64,000 nt of DNA. It comes from the human T2T-CHM13v2.0 reference genome, Homo sapiens. The first letter of the stretch is position 1, and every line of letters starts with the position of its first letter. Below the pieces are notes generated by a model. It saw nothing but the letters and a program-made list of their open reading frames with translations, made no database searches and had not been told where the DNA came from. Below, piece by piece: positions 14,160 through 26,690 of the stretch. The stretch is taken from the NCBI RefSeq assembly GCF_009914755.1, contig NC_060937.1; one strand, 5' to 3'. The position numbers and the translations under genes are program-made.

Positions 14160-16330
14160 ACACGTGGATGAACTCCTTTGCCCACGTTTCTCAGATATTT
14201 CATGTTAATGTCATGTATATTCTTTCCTTGATCATCTGCTTCTTCATCCACACATATGCAATCACAGAAACAGGCTTGCAATTACATGTTTTTACATGAG
14301 ATGTAAAAACAATTGTTACAATTTATGAAAGCACTATTTCTAATTTTAAAGATGTCATTGTCCTCTGTCAAGTTCATACTTTCTATACACTTATTATGTA
14401 TAAATATTACATACAGTTCTATGAAGTTGTTAAAAATAATGTGACAGGTATTTACTCTGGAAAGAAAAAAAATTCTAAAGACAAATAGGCATTCTTGGTA
14501 TTACCTAAAGTTACGTGAACTGTGAATGATAAAGATTTGGGTATGCAGGAATATTATATATCACTCTGCAACTTGTTTTCTGAGTCACTAACAATCGTGG
14601 ATATCCCTCCAGATTAAGGGATATAGGTCCTATGTTTTATTTATCAGCTGCATAATTTCCCATAGTGTTCAATGTTTATGTAACTCAACATTTTCTCTAC
14701 TAATTCATTGATGGGTGGTATTTGCAGGAATCATCAGGAAGGTGGTTAAGCACATTGCTACTTCAATAAAAAGGCTGCACTAAGCATCCTCCCTCAATAC
14801 CAGTATTTATTGAGGCTTTCATATCTATAAATAGATTTCCAAAGTTGGTATTGCTGGGGCAAAGACAGATTAGTGTGTTTTAAATTTAGAAAATATTAAA
14901 GTGATTACTTTCAAAATATTATAAGAAATCATTTGCCCTTCAGCAATACAGGAAAGTTATCTTGTCTCAAATCCATGCCAGTATCAGTGTAATCAAACTT
15001 ATTGTTGCTCATCTGTTTATATGTTTATTAATCACTTTAATTTCTTTTTAAAGTAATTAAATGTTACTGTCCGTAACCTTGACACTATTATATGGTGTTA
15101 TGTTGTGTTCCTTATGCGTTTTGGGAGTTGTTGGTATTGAGGACAATAATCTTTGCTATATATACTGCAAACATTTTTTCCCTAGCCAACAGTCTGGTTT
15201 CTAACTTTGATATTGTTAGTGCTACAAACATAAAATTTACATGTTCACATATGTCTACAACTTTATGATTTTTTTCTTTACCTTTTACATATAAAATAGA
15301 ACTTTAAGAAGATTAATACTAGTCTTCATATCCAGGAATGCACTCTTTTCCTATTTATTTGAACTGTATTTTACGTTCTTTAATAAGTTTTTTCCATATA
15401 AATATCCTAAATATCCTATCTTTCTTTCTCTCTCTCTCTCTCTATCTATCTATGTATTTTTTCTTTTTTACTATTTCTACCCAGTTAGTTCCAGTGGGAA
15501 GAAAAGCTATTGATTTCTCTATATTGACCTTCTGTACCCACTTTACTAGATTCTTCTATTAATTCTAATATTTTTCATAAAGTCTCACGATTTTTATAGA
15601 AATGTGCACAATTTCATAAGGAAATAAAATAAGATTATTTCATTTTTAAGATTTATTTTGGAGTTAATCATATGAATGCATTAGTTATAAAGGTACAGTT
15701 ATATAATGGTTGCTAAATACAAAATGGTAATAATAGGAATCCATAACTTGCTCCTTGTTTTCAATGAAAGTTTCTTCAGCGTTCATATATAGTGGTTGAA
15801 ATGAGTCTTGGTGATTAATTTTTATCATGTTTAAAGACTTTCCTTTTCTTCCTATTCTCCTTCAAAGGATTTAACCTTTAATTCACTGAGGCAATGAAAT
15901 ATAACACAAAAGCTCCTGATGTTAACCATTTATTTATTTTTGGAAAAAAACTCTAGATGATAATGCTAACATGTTGGATTTTATTGGGTAATATATTTTA
16001 TTTATAATTTTCACAGTTACTGTTTTATGTGAAATTGGCCTATAGTTTTACTTGTATATCATTATCAGGTTTTGGCTAAGATTATGCTAGCTTTATCATT
16101 CATTCTGTACAGTTTTTATCTTTTGTATGAAAATTTCTGAAATAAAATAAGAATTAGCACACCTTTAAAAGTAGACAGAAAGCACCAGGAAACCCACATG
16201 GGCACAGGCCTTTTGGTGATGGTGGAGCAAAGCTGTCCAGTGCTGTTCAGATCAGGTTTCTTATCTCATCCATCAATTTGGCAGTTTGTATTTTGCCAGG
16301 AAATCATTGATTGTCTCTAGATTTTCAAGA
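14160..16330 (-). mobile_element. Ancient L1M (L1ME-type) fragments, interrupted at 14304-14551 by a duplicated NALCN segment
   Basis: Diverged L1ME 3'-end motifs (ctctgcaacttgttttc, gctgcataatttcccatagt, gctattgatttctctatattgacctt, aaattggcctatagtttt). Boundaries approximate. Confidence 0.55.
14304..14551. repeat. Dispersed direct duplicate of 12640-12888 (last ~47 nt of exon 12, its donor site and ~200 nt of intron 12)
   Basis: Hand alignment about 85% identical, e.g. tgtgacaggtatttactctggaaa and ttctaaagacaaataggcatt occur in both copies. Confidence 0.95.
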
Positions 16331-16526
16331 CCTGCATTTAGGGTACATATTTTTCCAGAAAGAATTGGTTCTTCCAGGGAACCTGGGTCATCTTAGAAAT
16401 TTGGGTCCCCCTTAAATCAACTTTTGGCTGCTGTTTCTCAGATTCTGGACGTAATGGGATTTTGAGCTCCAACCCCACGAGTGGGCAGGCTGTCTTACAC
16501 AATTCAGTACAGATAACATGATAACC

Positions 16527-17112
<586 letters not shown>

Positions 17113-18471
17113 TAATTTTTTGCACACTCTGCTGAACATTTAAAACGTCTTAATATTTTAAGTGTTTGGTAGAAATGATTTTTAGTTACCTTGCAGGGCC
17201 ACTTTGTATGTGCTTCCTATAAGCAGTGTACAATTTTTATTTTGTGTTTAAACATACTCAGATTTTCTAGGGTTTTTGATAAGAAAATTCAACCTGCTCA
17301 AACAAAATGTGCCAAAGTTATACTTGGTCTTACGCTTCCTGTGTATTTTATGTCATTGCTGTTTCATTTTTAACCTTATCTTGTCTTTTTTTAACTTGGT
17401 CAACTATTTGCTAATTTCTTTCCCTATTCATTAATTTGGACGCTCGACTTGGTTTTTCTAATCTCCTGGCTTAATTCTCAATGGTTAGACATCAAACCAA
17501 TGCTTTTTTCTTATTGCTTCACAACTAAATTGCTGGCTCACTCATCCCTCCACCCCACACATCTGCAAACTTCATAGTACACTTCTACCATCCCACTCTC
17601 CTTTGATATCACACCCTTTCCTAAGTCCTGGTTTTGCTGAAATCATTTACAAATTTATTACTAGTTTCTTTAATGTTATCATTTCTCTTTTTTCAAAGAT
17701 CCCTATTTGACATATTTATTATTATCTATTGAGATCCAATGCCCATCAATTCTCTCTTCTTTTGTCTAGTCATTGAGATTGCAATTTACTTATCTTGTGA
17801 TTAGCACACTTTAAAGTAGTTTTCTCAAATAAATACAAAGGGTTTTATGCTCTCTTAGTCCTTTTATATATAAAATGCATTTTTAACACTGACAGATGAA
17901 CATGTTGTCTGTGTTCAGATTCTGTAGTTGCAGTTCTATTCTCTCAGTAGTCTATGTATATTGATTCATTACCTTCCACTTTCCAGTATTGTAGATGAGT
18001 CATCCATTGCACAATACATTTATTTTACTTTTTCAGGTTTAGGTTCAGCCTGTTTAGGGGCTGAACAAGGTTACTTCTTTATGCTTGCAACCTAGGAAGG
18101 TCACCAGGACATGAGTAAGCATCTATTTTCATTTAATCTCACTAAAATTTAGTGAGCTCTTTCAGTTTGCAGATTTATGTTTTTTTTTTTTTTCATTTAT
18201 GTAAGCTTTCTTCCGTTGTTTATGACAACTTTTCTTCTATCTGTTCGCTTTTTCCTTCAGGGACTCCTATTATTCATAGCTGTGTGGATAGGCTATTTTA
18301 CTTTGCCCTTATTATTATATCTCTACCACTTTTTGAGTTATTTTTTCCTGCTTCATCTCCCATATTAAAAACTAGCTCTCAAGGACTATGCCCTTTTTTA
18401 ACTCATTTTTTGGACATTTTTAGTTGAAGTTACAGAAATTGTATTTTGTGCCCTGCTTACTTTTTCTTGAG

Positions 18472-18494
18472 ACAACAACAACAACAACAACAAC
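18472..18494. repeat. (CAA)n trinucleotide microsatellite, about 7 units
   Basis: acaacaacaacaacaacaacaac read directly. Confidence 0.9.
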
Positions 18495-20472
18495 GGATTC
18501 TCTCGCCCATCAATTCTACTTGCTTGGGAAATCTCTAGACTAGACATTTGTCTTGATTCTCTGAGTTTCATCCTCAGTTTCTGAGTCTCCCTTTGTGTGT
18601 GAGTTAACTTTTCTTTCCTTCACCATGGATACATGTTTTTGATGTAATTGTCGTTTGTCTTTTATGCTATCTTAAGCAGTGGCAAATGAGGGGTAGTAGA
18701 GGGCACCATAGTTTACGGAGGCGAAAGACCTGAAAAGCCATAGCTCCTTTGCTGAACATCTGAAGAAGGCTTTTTGGTGACAGGATTTCCCAGAAATGAG
18801 TGGAGTCATTTATTGACCCCCTTCTCCACCTGGAGTAATTCAGTCTCTAGTGAGCTTCCCTTCCTGGCCCACTGAGACCCACAGGACTCTGTGGACTGCT
18901 CCTGGACCACAAGCAGCATACAGGCAGGTCCAGCTCCTCTGCGGGAAATGAAAGGCTCTCTGCCCTGAGCAGTGGCCTCAGGGGACCAGAGGACTCAGAC
19001 TTTGCTGCAAGTCCTGCGACAGGTACTTCCTCTCTAGCACAGGCTTCTTAGTTCTGGCCTTGCAATGATATGGGGAAGACTTGAACCTGTTTTCTCTCCT
19101 ATGGATACTAGGGAATCTCAGGAGAAACTGAAATTGATGTGTCATGAAGGTCCCATCCACATGCCTGACCTGGTTGCTGTATTAGCAGAGGAAGCAGTAA
19201 TAGGCATTCATTACATCATCTCTCCCTTCACCTGTATTTTCAGACTGAGATTTTCATTCCAAAAAAAAAGAGTGGTGATCCATTTTAAAGTGTTTTTTTA
19301 AAAGAAAACTACTAATGAATGCCTGAAAGATATTCCAATAGATTGTCTAATTATGTATACATACAATTAATCACCTTACTAACTGCATATATTATCAAAA
19401 GGACAGATGGAATGAACTGTTTAAATGAGCATAATTTATAGTAAAATATGCAGCTGGATCTGTTTGCATTACAATTTTCTCTGTGGGAAAATGATATTCT
19501 TTTGAAAGACACTAAAAGGCACTAAAAGATTTAGCAAATTGTTATGTGATTATATTTAAATATCTATAGTCTCACTGATTTTCCCCTAGAATTCCTGATT
19601 CCAGATTCTCTTGGAATCAAATGGCTTGCTTTGAACATAATTTGTTAACTTTTACAAGCCAACACTCTAGCTCTCTGAAATATTCATGCCAAAGTGATAA
19701 CATTTTATGGAAAATCAATGCACATAAAAATATGCCTAACTTAACTTGAAGGTATGGGTTATCCTGCCATAGAGAAGAACTGTGTCAGGATTTAAAGAAG
19801 GTGATTAGGAAAATCAAATTAGTTTAAATGATCACTAAGTATTTCAGTGTAGGTTATGGGGTTTGGTACAGGACTTAAATTCAGAGGACTATAATAGTTC
19901 AGAAGAACCAAAATAGAAGCAGTGGAGGCAAGCTCTAGTAACCACTTCTCAATGTGCAGCTCCAGATTATTGCAGTGAACTCAACCTTGATGGTAGCTGG
20001 ACAGGGTGGAATTTGCCAGGGGCATGCTGGGAGCCATCTAAAAGGGAGAAGGCAACTGGGGTCTCTGCAGAACCTAGTTGCCTGGAGGGCTCCCACCAAA
20101 GTCACTGTGCAGGTGTCCAATCTCAAGGCTTTCTGCAAATCCCAGGCATTCAGCAGGCAGCCTGTGGAAAAGTGGAACGGTGGCTTCCATTTGTCACTCT
20201 TAGCCTGGCAGCCCTCCACTGCTTTGGCCCTCCTCAGTCTGCAGCCCCTGCACCAAGAAGGTCTCATTGGGACCCTTCTTCTGTTTCATATTCTGCAGTG
20301 CATTCCACCTTTGTGAGTACCTACAAGTTAAAACTTAACTTTTTAAGAGTTAAGACAAAATTTGTAAGAGTATAATAAACTTTTCTTTTTTTTTGCATTA
20401 CTTTAAGAAAACTTAGAAACAATGCATAGAAAAGAAGAGAAATATTTATTTCTTCTTACAAATACCCCAAAG

Positions 20473-20715
20473 CAGTGTTTCCCAATCTTTTTTTAAATCA
20501 CCTCTTCTAAGAAGTCTTTCAGAGATTTTGTTCTTAATCACCACCTCATGGAGTTTTGATACCTCTACCATATTATATATCTTTTTACATACTCTACTTT
20601 GGTTATTTGGTCTACATGGCAATCTGCATTATAAAAGAGAGAATTTTCTACCCCCCAACTAAGAACATATTTTCACCCCTTTGGAGGTGATTTTACTCCC
20701 TGTTGAGAATGCATG
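20473..20715. mobile_element. hAT-Charlie-type MITE
   Basis: Imperfect TIRs cagtgtttcccaa...ttgagaatgcatg, ~240 bp. Subfamily not determined. Confidence 0.55.
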
Positions 20716-20749
20716 CTCAACCGATATACCTGGTTTGATGTCGCCATAA

Positions 20750-21275
20750 TGAGGCAGGAGAATAGGGTCTGGAGGCAGGGAACCTAAGTCCATTTCACAC
20801 TGACTTCTTAGAACTAAATTGAAAGAAAAACCCTAACTTTCCATGCCTGAGTAGCAAAAGGACCAGGGGCTACTCCCTTTGCAAACCCCCACCTTTTCTG
20901 TGCGGCAGATGGATAATTGAAAGTACCTCTGATCGGTTGCTTTTCCCAACCAGACACTTGCCTAGGAATGTAACTTCGTAACTTCACCTCAGCCTCTGAT
21001 TGCGGGCAACCACTTCATTTACATGGGGTGAACACCAAGTAGGTGGCCAATGGGAAACCTCTAGGGGGTATTTGGACCTGAGAAGATTCTGTATCTGGGG
21101 CCCTTGAGCTGCTGCTTGGGCTCACTCCCACACTGTGAAGTGTACTTTCACTTTCAATAAATCTCTGCTTTCCTTGCTTCTTTCTTTCCTTGCTTTGCTG
21201 TGCGTTTTGTCCAGTTCTTTATTCAAAACGTCAAGAACCTGGACAACTTGCAGTCGAGACCCTCTACCAGTAACA
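20750..21275 (+). mobile_element. MER51-type solo LTR (ERV1)
   Basis: Starts tgaggcaggagaatagggtctggaggcagggaacctaag, contains a CCAAT motif and AATAAA (~21156), ends ctaccagtaaca. Confidence 0.85.
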
Positions 21276-22719
21276 ACAGCAGAGTTTAACTAATCTCGTA
21301 AACACAGGCCTATGAGATAAAATGGTAGAGATGGACATTGCCCATGAGTGGAAAGATATTTGAAATGTGTTATCTAATATTTGTGTTGCAGTCTCTGTTT
21401 TCTAATTTCAAAGAATCATGATGGATATCATGAGAAAAAAATGCATATTTATCACAAAGGAAGATTACAGGACAAAGCTCACAAGAAAATCAGTTCAGGC
21501 AATCCCATTCTCTTACATGAAATTCAGATTCAATAACAACAAAAAGTGATTACTGATTACCTGTATCAGTCTGGAGCTGTCTGTAAATCACCTACTCTTA
21601 GCTTATAGTGTATATCAGTATGTTATAAAGAGCAAATTTTGAGATGGATGGTTGAGAAGTCCAGATTGTCATTATTGTATTATATTTTTACCTAACAAGA
21701 TAATGTCCAGATCTTTTAGAAACACACACAAAAAGTAATTGTCAGAAGAAACCTATTTACTTGAAGTTTCCCAGAAAATGAAATTAAACTCAACAATAAT
21801 GTCAAAGACTGCTGCTATGGCAAGATTGATTATTTTCTTCATTTGGCCAATTTTTATGATTAATGAACTCAAACGTGGGTGTCAGATTTTGTTGGGGCCA
21901 AAATAAATGACTCTTCATTTTAACAAATATCATAAAACCAAATGTCTTCAGAGGAATGCAGAAATCACTTTTCTAGAAAAGAGGACTCCCTGCAAGACGG
22001 CAAAATGAGTTCATGATTTATGAAACCCCTTCTGTTTCAAACATACTGTGATCAAAGGAAAAAACAGGAAACCAAAGAGGCAGGAAGGAATTCTAAACGA
22101 GGTTAACCTCTTTGTTGACCAGAAATGCAACAGAAACATATGCTAGGTCAAGAATCAGGCAATGTTGGACTCAATTGCTTCCTATAGGGTGAGGAGACTA
22201 AGGCACCTTAGATAAGGTAAAGATGAGAACCTTCATAGTGAAAAGACAGGGACTAGAATGGGTTTCTCTGCTAAGGAAAGGACAGAGACCAACTACCCAA
22301 GGCTAAGACCTTATAGGCAGCTGCAGGCCTCCAGAGGCAGGAGGAGAAATTATCAGCTTATCTGAAAAATCAGAACAAGATATTTTATGGAATATAGACT
22401 AGTGACAAGAACTGTGATATCACCCATATCAAGGGGCTAGCATTCTCCAAATGACACTTAAAAACCTGGCTCTGGATGGTAGGGTCCAGGGTCAAGGTTA
22501 AGGCAACTGCAATATCCCTAAGAAAGTAGAAGTGATCATAGAGGGAGGGAGAGAGAAATAAGAAAATCTCCCAAGCCAAATGAGGCAGCATGCAAAGATT
22601 TTAAATAAATCTAATGAGAAAGAAAACAAAATTCTAAAATTCAAACTATGAATTTACTCTCAGTAAAATTAATTTTGTCAAACTTTTTTTTCACCATCAT
22701 TTAGTTGTTTTCATTATTT

Positions 22720-23251
22720 TATTTTTTTAAATTAAATTCAATTAAATTTAAAGTTCCAGGATATATGTGCAGGATATGCAGGTTTGTTACATAAGTAAAT
22801 GTGTGCCATGGCGGTTTGCTGCACCTATAAACCCATGACCTAGGTATTAAGCCCCACATGCATTAGCTATTTATCCTGATGCTACCCCTCCCCCCACCTC
22901 CTGATAGGCCCCAGTGTGTGTTGTTGTTCTCCCTGTGTCCATGTTCAGCTATTCAGTGTTCTCATTATCCAGCTCCCACTTATAAGTGAGAACATGCAGT
23001 GTTCGGTTTTCTGTTCCTGTGTTAGTTTGCTGAGGATGATGGCTTCCCGATCTATCCATGTCCCTGCAAAGGATGTGATCTCGTTCCTTTTTATCGCTGC
23101 CTAGTATTCCATAGTGTATACGTACCACATTTTCTTTATCCAGTCTATCCCTGATGGACATTTGGGTTGATTCCATGTCTTTGCTATTGTGAACAGTGCT
23201 GCGATGAACATATGCATGCATGTATCTTTATAATAGAATGATTTATATTCC
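22720..23251 (-). mobile_element. L1PA (about L1PA8-10) 3' end, sense with respect to NALCN
   Basis: gtgcaggatatgcaggtttgttacataagtaaatgtgtgccatgg...taggtattaagcccc. ORF 22949..23221(-) is an off-frame reading of L1 ORF2 / 3' UTR sequence. Confidence 0.88.
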
Positions 23252-23469
23252 ACCCAGAGAACCCCAGTAAGAATTTTCAAAGAAGTTTAAGATGACCAAA
23301 GAGATAAATGAAAAAGAGAAAATAATAAAGGTGAGAGGAGAAATTTAAAAAACAAAGAAATAAAGGGACTTAATAGTTCAAAATATTGGGAACGAACCAA
23401 TAATTTCAGGTACATTAGAAACTGTTAGTGTCAACCAAACTAAAAGCTGGTTCTTTGAATGAAAAATAA

Positions 23470-24175
23470 AGAATTTTACTGGCTTTTGCCTCAAGTTCCT
23501 GGGAAGTAGCCTCTACATCCTTGGAATTTGCCAATTGATAGGTATCTTTGTTATTTATGGTGACCCTGGTAGTTTATGGCAATGAGATCATTCATGAGCA
23601 CTGGCCATGTCAGAAACTCCAACCTTGTGTGCATGGCCAGTGATTCCAGCGATCATGCCTACCTAAGGAAATCCCAATCAGAAGCCTCAGCACAAAGCTC
23701 AGGTGAGCTTCCCTGGTTCTCAGCGCTCTGAATATTGTTTCACATCCATGTGCTGAGAGGGTGATATGTCCTCACTCCATGAAAAGAGGAAACAGCAAGT
23801 TTCACATGTAGGACTCTCCAGACCTTTCTCTCTGCATCTCTTCTTTAGGCTGGCTCTGATTTGCAACCTTTTTGCTTTAATAAAAATGTAATCAGAAGTA
23901 TAGCACTTTCCTGATTTCTGTGAGTCATTCTAGCAAATTATCAAACTTGAGAAGGCTAGTGGAAACCCCCGAGTTTTTAGCCTGTTGATATGTCATATGA
24001 TATGTCATATGTCATATCAACCATATTAGCCATATGATATGTCATATGTCAGGGAGGCCCTGGAACCCCCTGAGCTTACAGTTAGTATCTCGAGTAAGGG
24101 TAATCTTGTAGAGGACTGTGCCTCTGTGCTGTGAAGTTTGGTCTAAAATCCAGGTAGTTAGCATCAGAAGTCATT
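23470..24175 (+). mobile_element. MER21-type LTR
   Basis: Motifs gtgagcttccctggtt, ttctgtgagtcattctagcaaattatcaaacttga and ccaggtagttagcatcagaa. Confidence 0.7.
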
Positions 24176-24179
24176 TACT

Positions 24180-26690
24180 TCTATAAAAAAGAAAGTTATA
24201 AATAAACAATATTGGCAGCAAAAAGGATTATACATTCAGTTTCAATAGAGATTATAAAAATCCTGAGAGAAAACTGTGGAAATGTGAGACATTAGTTAAA
24301 ATTAATGACTCTATAAATAGCAAGCAATAAACCATGAAACTGACAAACCATAATAATCAAACCATAAAATAAGTCATTAATCAAGATCTCTCTTCTCCCT
24401 TTCTCCACCAGGGATCCCACTGCAAACAATAGCCCTAGATGGTGTTCCAGAGGGACTTTATTCATTCTTTCACAGAAGAGAAAAAGAGAAAAATATGTCT
24501 ATTCCATTTGTGAAAGGAAGTGTAACTTCCCTAACAAAATCAGACTAGCAATGTAAAAGAAAATAAAATCACAGAACTACTATCCTTATGATTGAAAATT
24601 CCTAATATAATGTCAGCTTATTGGATTTGTTTATTAAAAGTAATGCTATAAAATCAAGTGTTTCAGGAATCTAAAATAGTTTCAGTATCAAAATATCTAT
24701 TATTCTAATATACTGCACTAAGAAATTAAAAAGGAAAGTCTGTGTAGTCAGCTCAGTATAGGTAGAAGAAGATTGAATACTCAACTCATAATGAGAAATG
24801 CTCTTGGCAACCTAGAAATAGAAGTGAGCTTTATTAACATGATGAAAGGCATCTATAAAAACCTACAAATGACATTAATGATGAAATCATAAGCATTCGT
24901 ATCAAAATATAGAAAAACACCCAGCATGTCCACTATCACTGCCTCTATTCAACATTTTATTAGAGACCCACACCCGGATAATAAAAGAAGAAAAAAATCA
25001 GAGATATGATAATTAGACGTGGAAAGACAAAACCTTAATTTCAGAAGATACAATTATCTACATAGAAATTCCAATCAAGTCTATGGATGATCACAAACAA
25101 CCAATTGTAGTAAAGTTGCTGGCTATGAATTAGGTCAATATAAAAAATTAATATTATTCCTACATCAATAAAAATGTAATTGAAATTATTTCATTCACAA
25201 AAGAAACTGTAGGATATGTAGGCATGAATGTAACAAAAAATGTGGAAGACCTTTGGAGAAAATTATAAAGCATTGTTGGAAAACACTAAGGAAGGTTAGA
25301 ATAACTGAATAGAGATGTTCTTAACATCAATTAAAATCTCATTACTAAAATGAATTAAATTTTCATAATGTAGAGCAAGAATAGCAAGACCAAGAACAGA
25401 TAAAACAAATCTGAAGAAGAATATCAACATCAGTAGCTTGCCCTAATAGATCTCAAGGTTTATTATAAAGGATAGCACTTATGACAACATGTTATCAACT
25501 AAAGCTTTGATGTATAGACACAGACTGAGGTGTCCAGAAACACAATTGTGCACATGTGTAAACCTGATATATGACAGAAATTGCACTACAGGAGTGAGGA
25601 AAGAATGAATTTTCAATGAATCTTCGAAGGACAATTGTTTATATATGGGGAAAAAATCAAGTCCTTATCTCATTCCAAATGTATTGGAGTCTAAAATTGA
25701 AAAAGCACAACTTGAAAACTCTAGCCTTTACTATAAGAGAATGTCTTTAATGACTCTGGTATAGATAAGACACAAAAAGCACTGAATCAAAAATTAAAGA
25801 TGACTATATCTTACAGTGTTAAAATTAATAACTTCTATTGAAGAAAAGACAGCAAATAAAAGTTAAAAGACAAGCTGAAGGCTGGGAGATGTCTGCACTG
25901 CATACTACTAGATAACTGAAAAATCAATTAGGGTACAGATTAAACAGGCAAAATTATAGAAGAGGAAATTCAGGGCTGACAGAATACGAAAAAAAGGTCA
26001 AATCTCTATGGTAACCAAGAAAATGTATATTAAGACTATAATGATTATATGAGATTGTAAGAAACTTAAAAATCCTGAACAAAAAAAAGTAGTATGAAGT
26101 AGAGCTGCTCATATATCCTGGTAGGAATGTAAATTGACACAAGCACTTTGAAGTTCAATTTAACAATATTTAGCAAAGTTGAAAGTGAGCATATCTGACA
26201 AATTCACAATTTTAAGTCTAGGTATATATTTAGAAAGAGCTCTCCCAAATGTGGCACAGAAATTCTAATGACAATGTTTACTGAAGTATTGTTTTCAACA
26301 GCAAAAAGTTGGAAGCAATTGAAATACCCATTGCCCTTACATGCAGAACAAATAAATTCATGCTTCAATCGACATGAATCAATTTCCCAAATATAATGAG
26401 GATTGAAAAAGTGGCACCTTAATACTTCATACTATTATAAAGCATGCATTGATATGATGAATATAGTTCTCTGTGGATTAGGGAGAAGGAGGAGATCAAG
26501 AAGTGGTACACAGGGATCTTCTACTCTACTAATGATGTTTTATTTCTGATTGAAAAACCTGACCCAAACATGAAAAACTATTAATTTTTTAAAAATCTGG
26601 GTGACGGACACACAAATATTGGTTATAATATTTTCTCTATGTGTTGAATTTATGAAATACTTTCTAATTAAGAAGGAAATAAAAGAAAGT
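24180..26690 (+). mobile_element. Ancient L1M ORF2 and 3' remnant
   Basis: Degenerate RT motifs: catgtccactatcactgcctctattcaacatt ([11 protein letters not shown]-like) and gaagatacaattatctacatagaaattcc (DDMIVYLENP-like). A-rich plus strand. Confidence 0.65.

Noticed and set aside
13898-14299. 133-aa ORF (and 78-aa antisense ORF) between exon 12 and its duplicated fragment, considered as a possible alternative exon
   Set aside because: No similarity to NALCN or other channel segments. Partly L1-derived. No convincing splice-site pair.
19935-20375. Three overlapping 110-120 aa ORFs in a GC-richer unique patch, with a plus-strand gtgagt donor-like site near 20313
   Set aside because: No recognisable protein similarity or paired acceptor. 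ORF lengths are expected at this GC content. It could be a regulatory element, but the sequence alone cannot support that.
22940-22980. ~12 nt extra sequence (ttcagctattca) in the L1PA 3' UTR resembling adjacent downstream sequence
   Set aside because: Too short, and depends on a recalled consensus. Cannot be distinguished from ordinary slippage.
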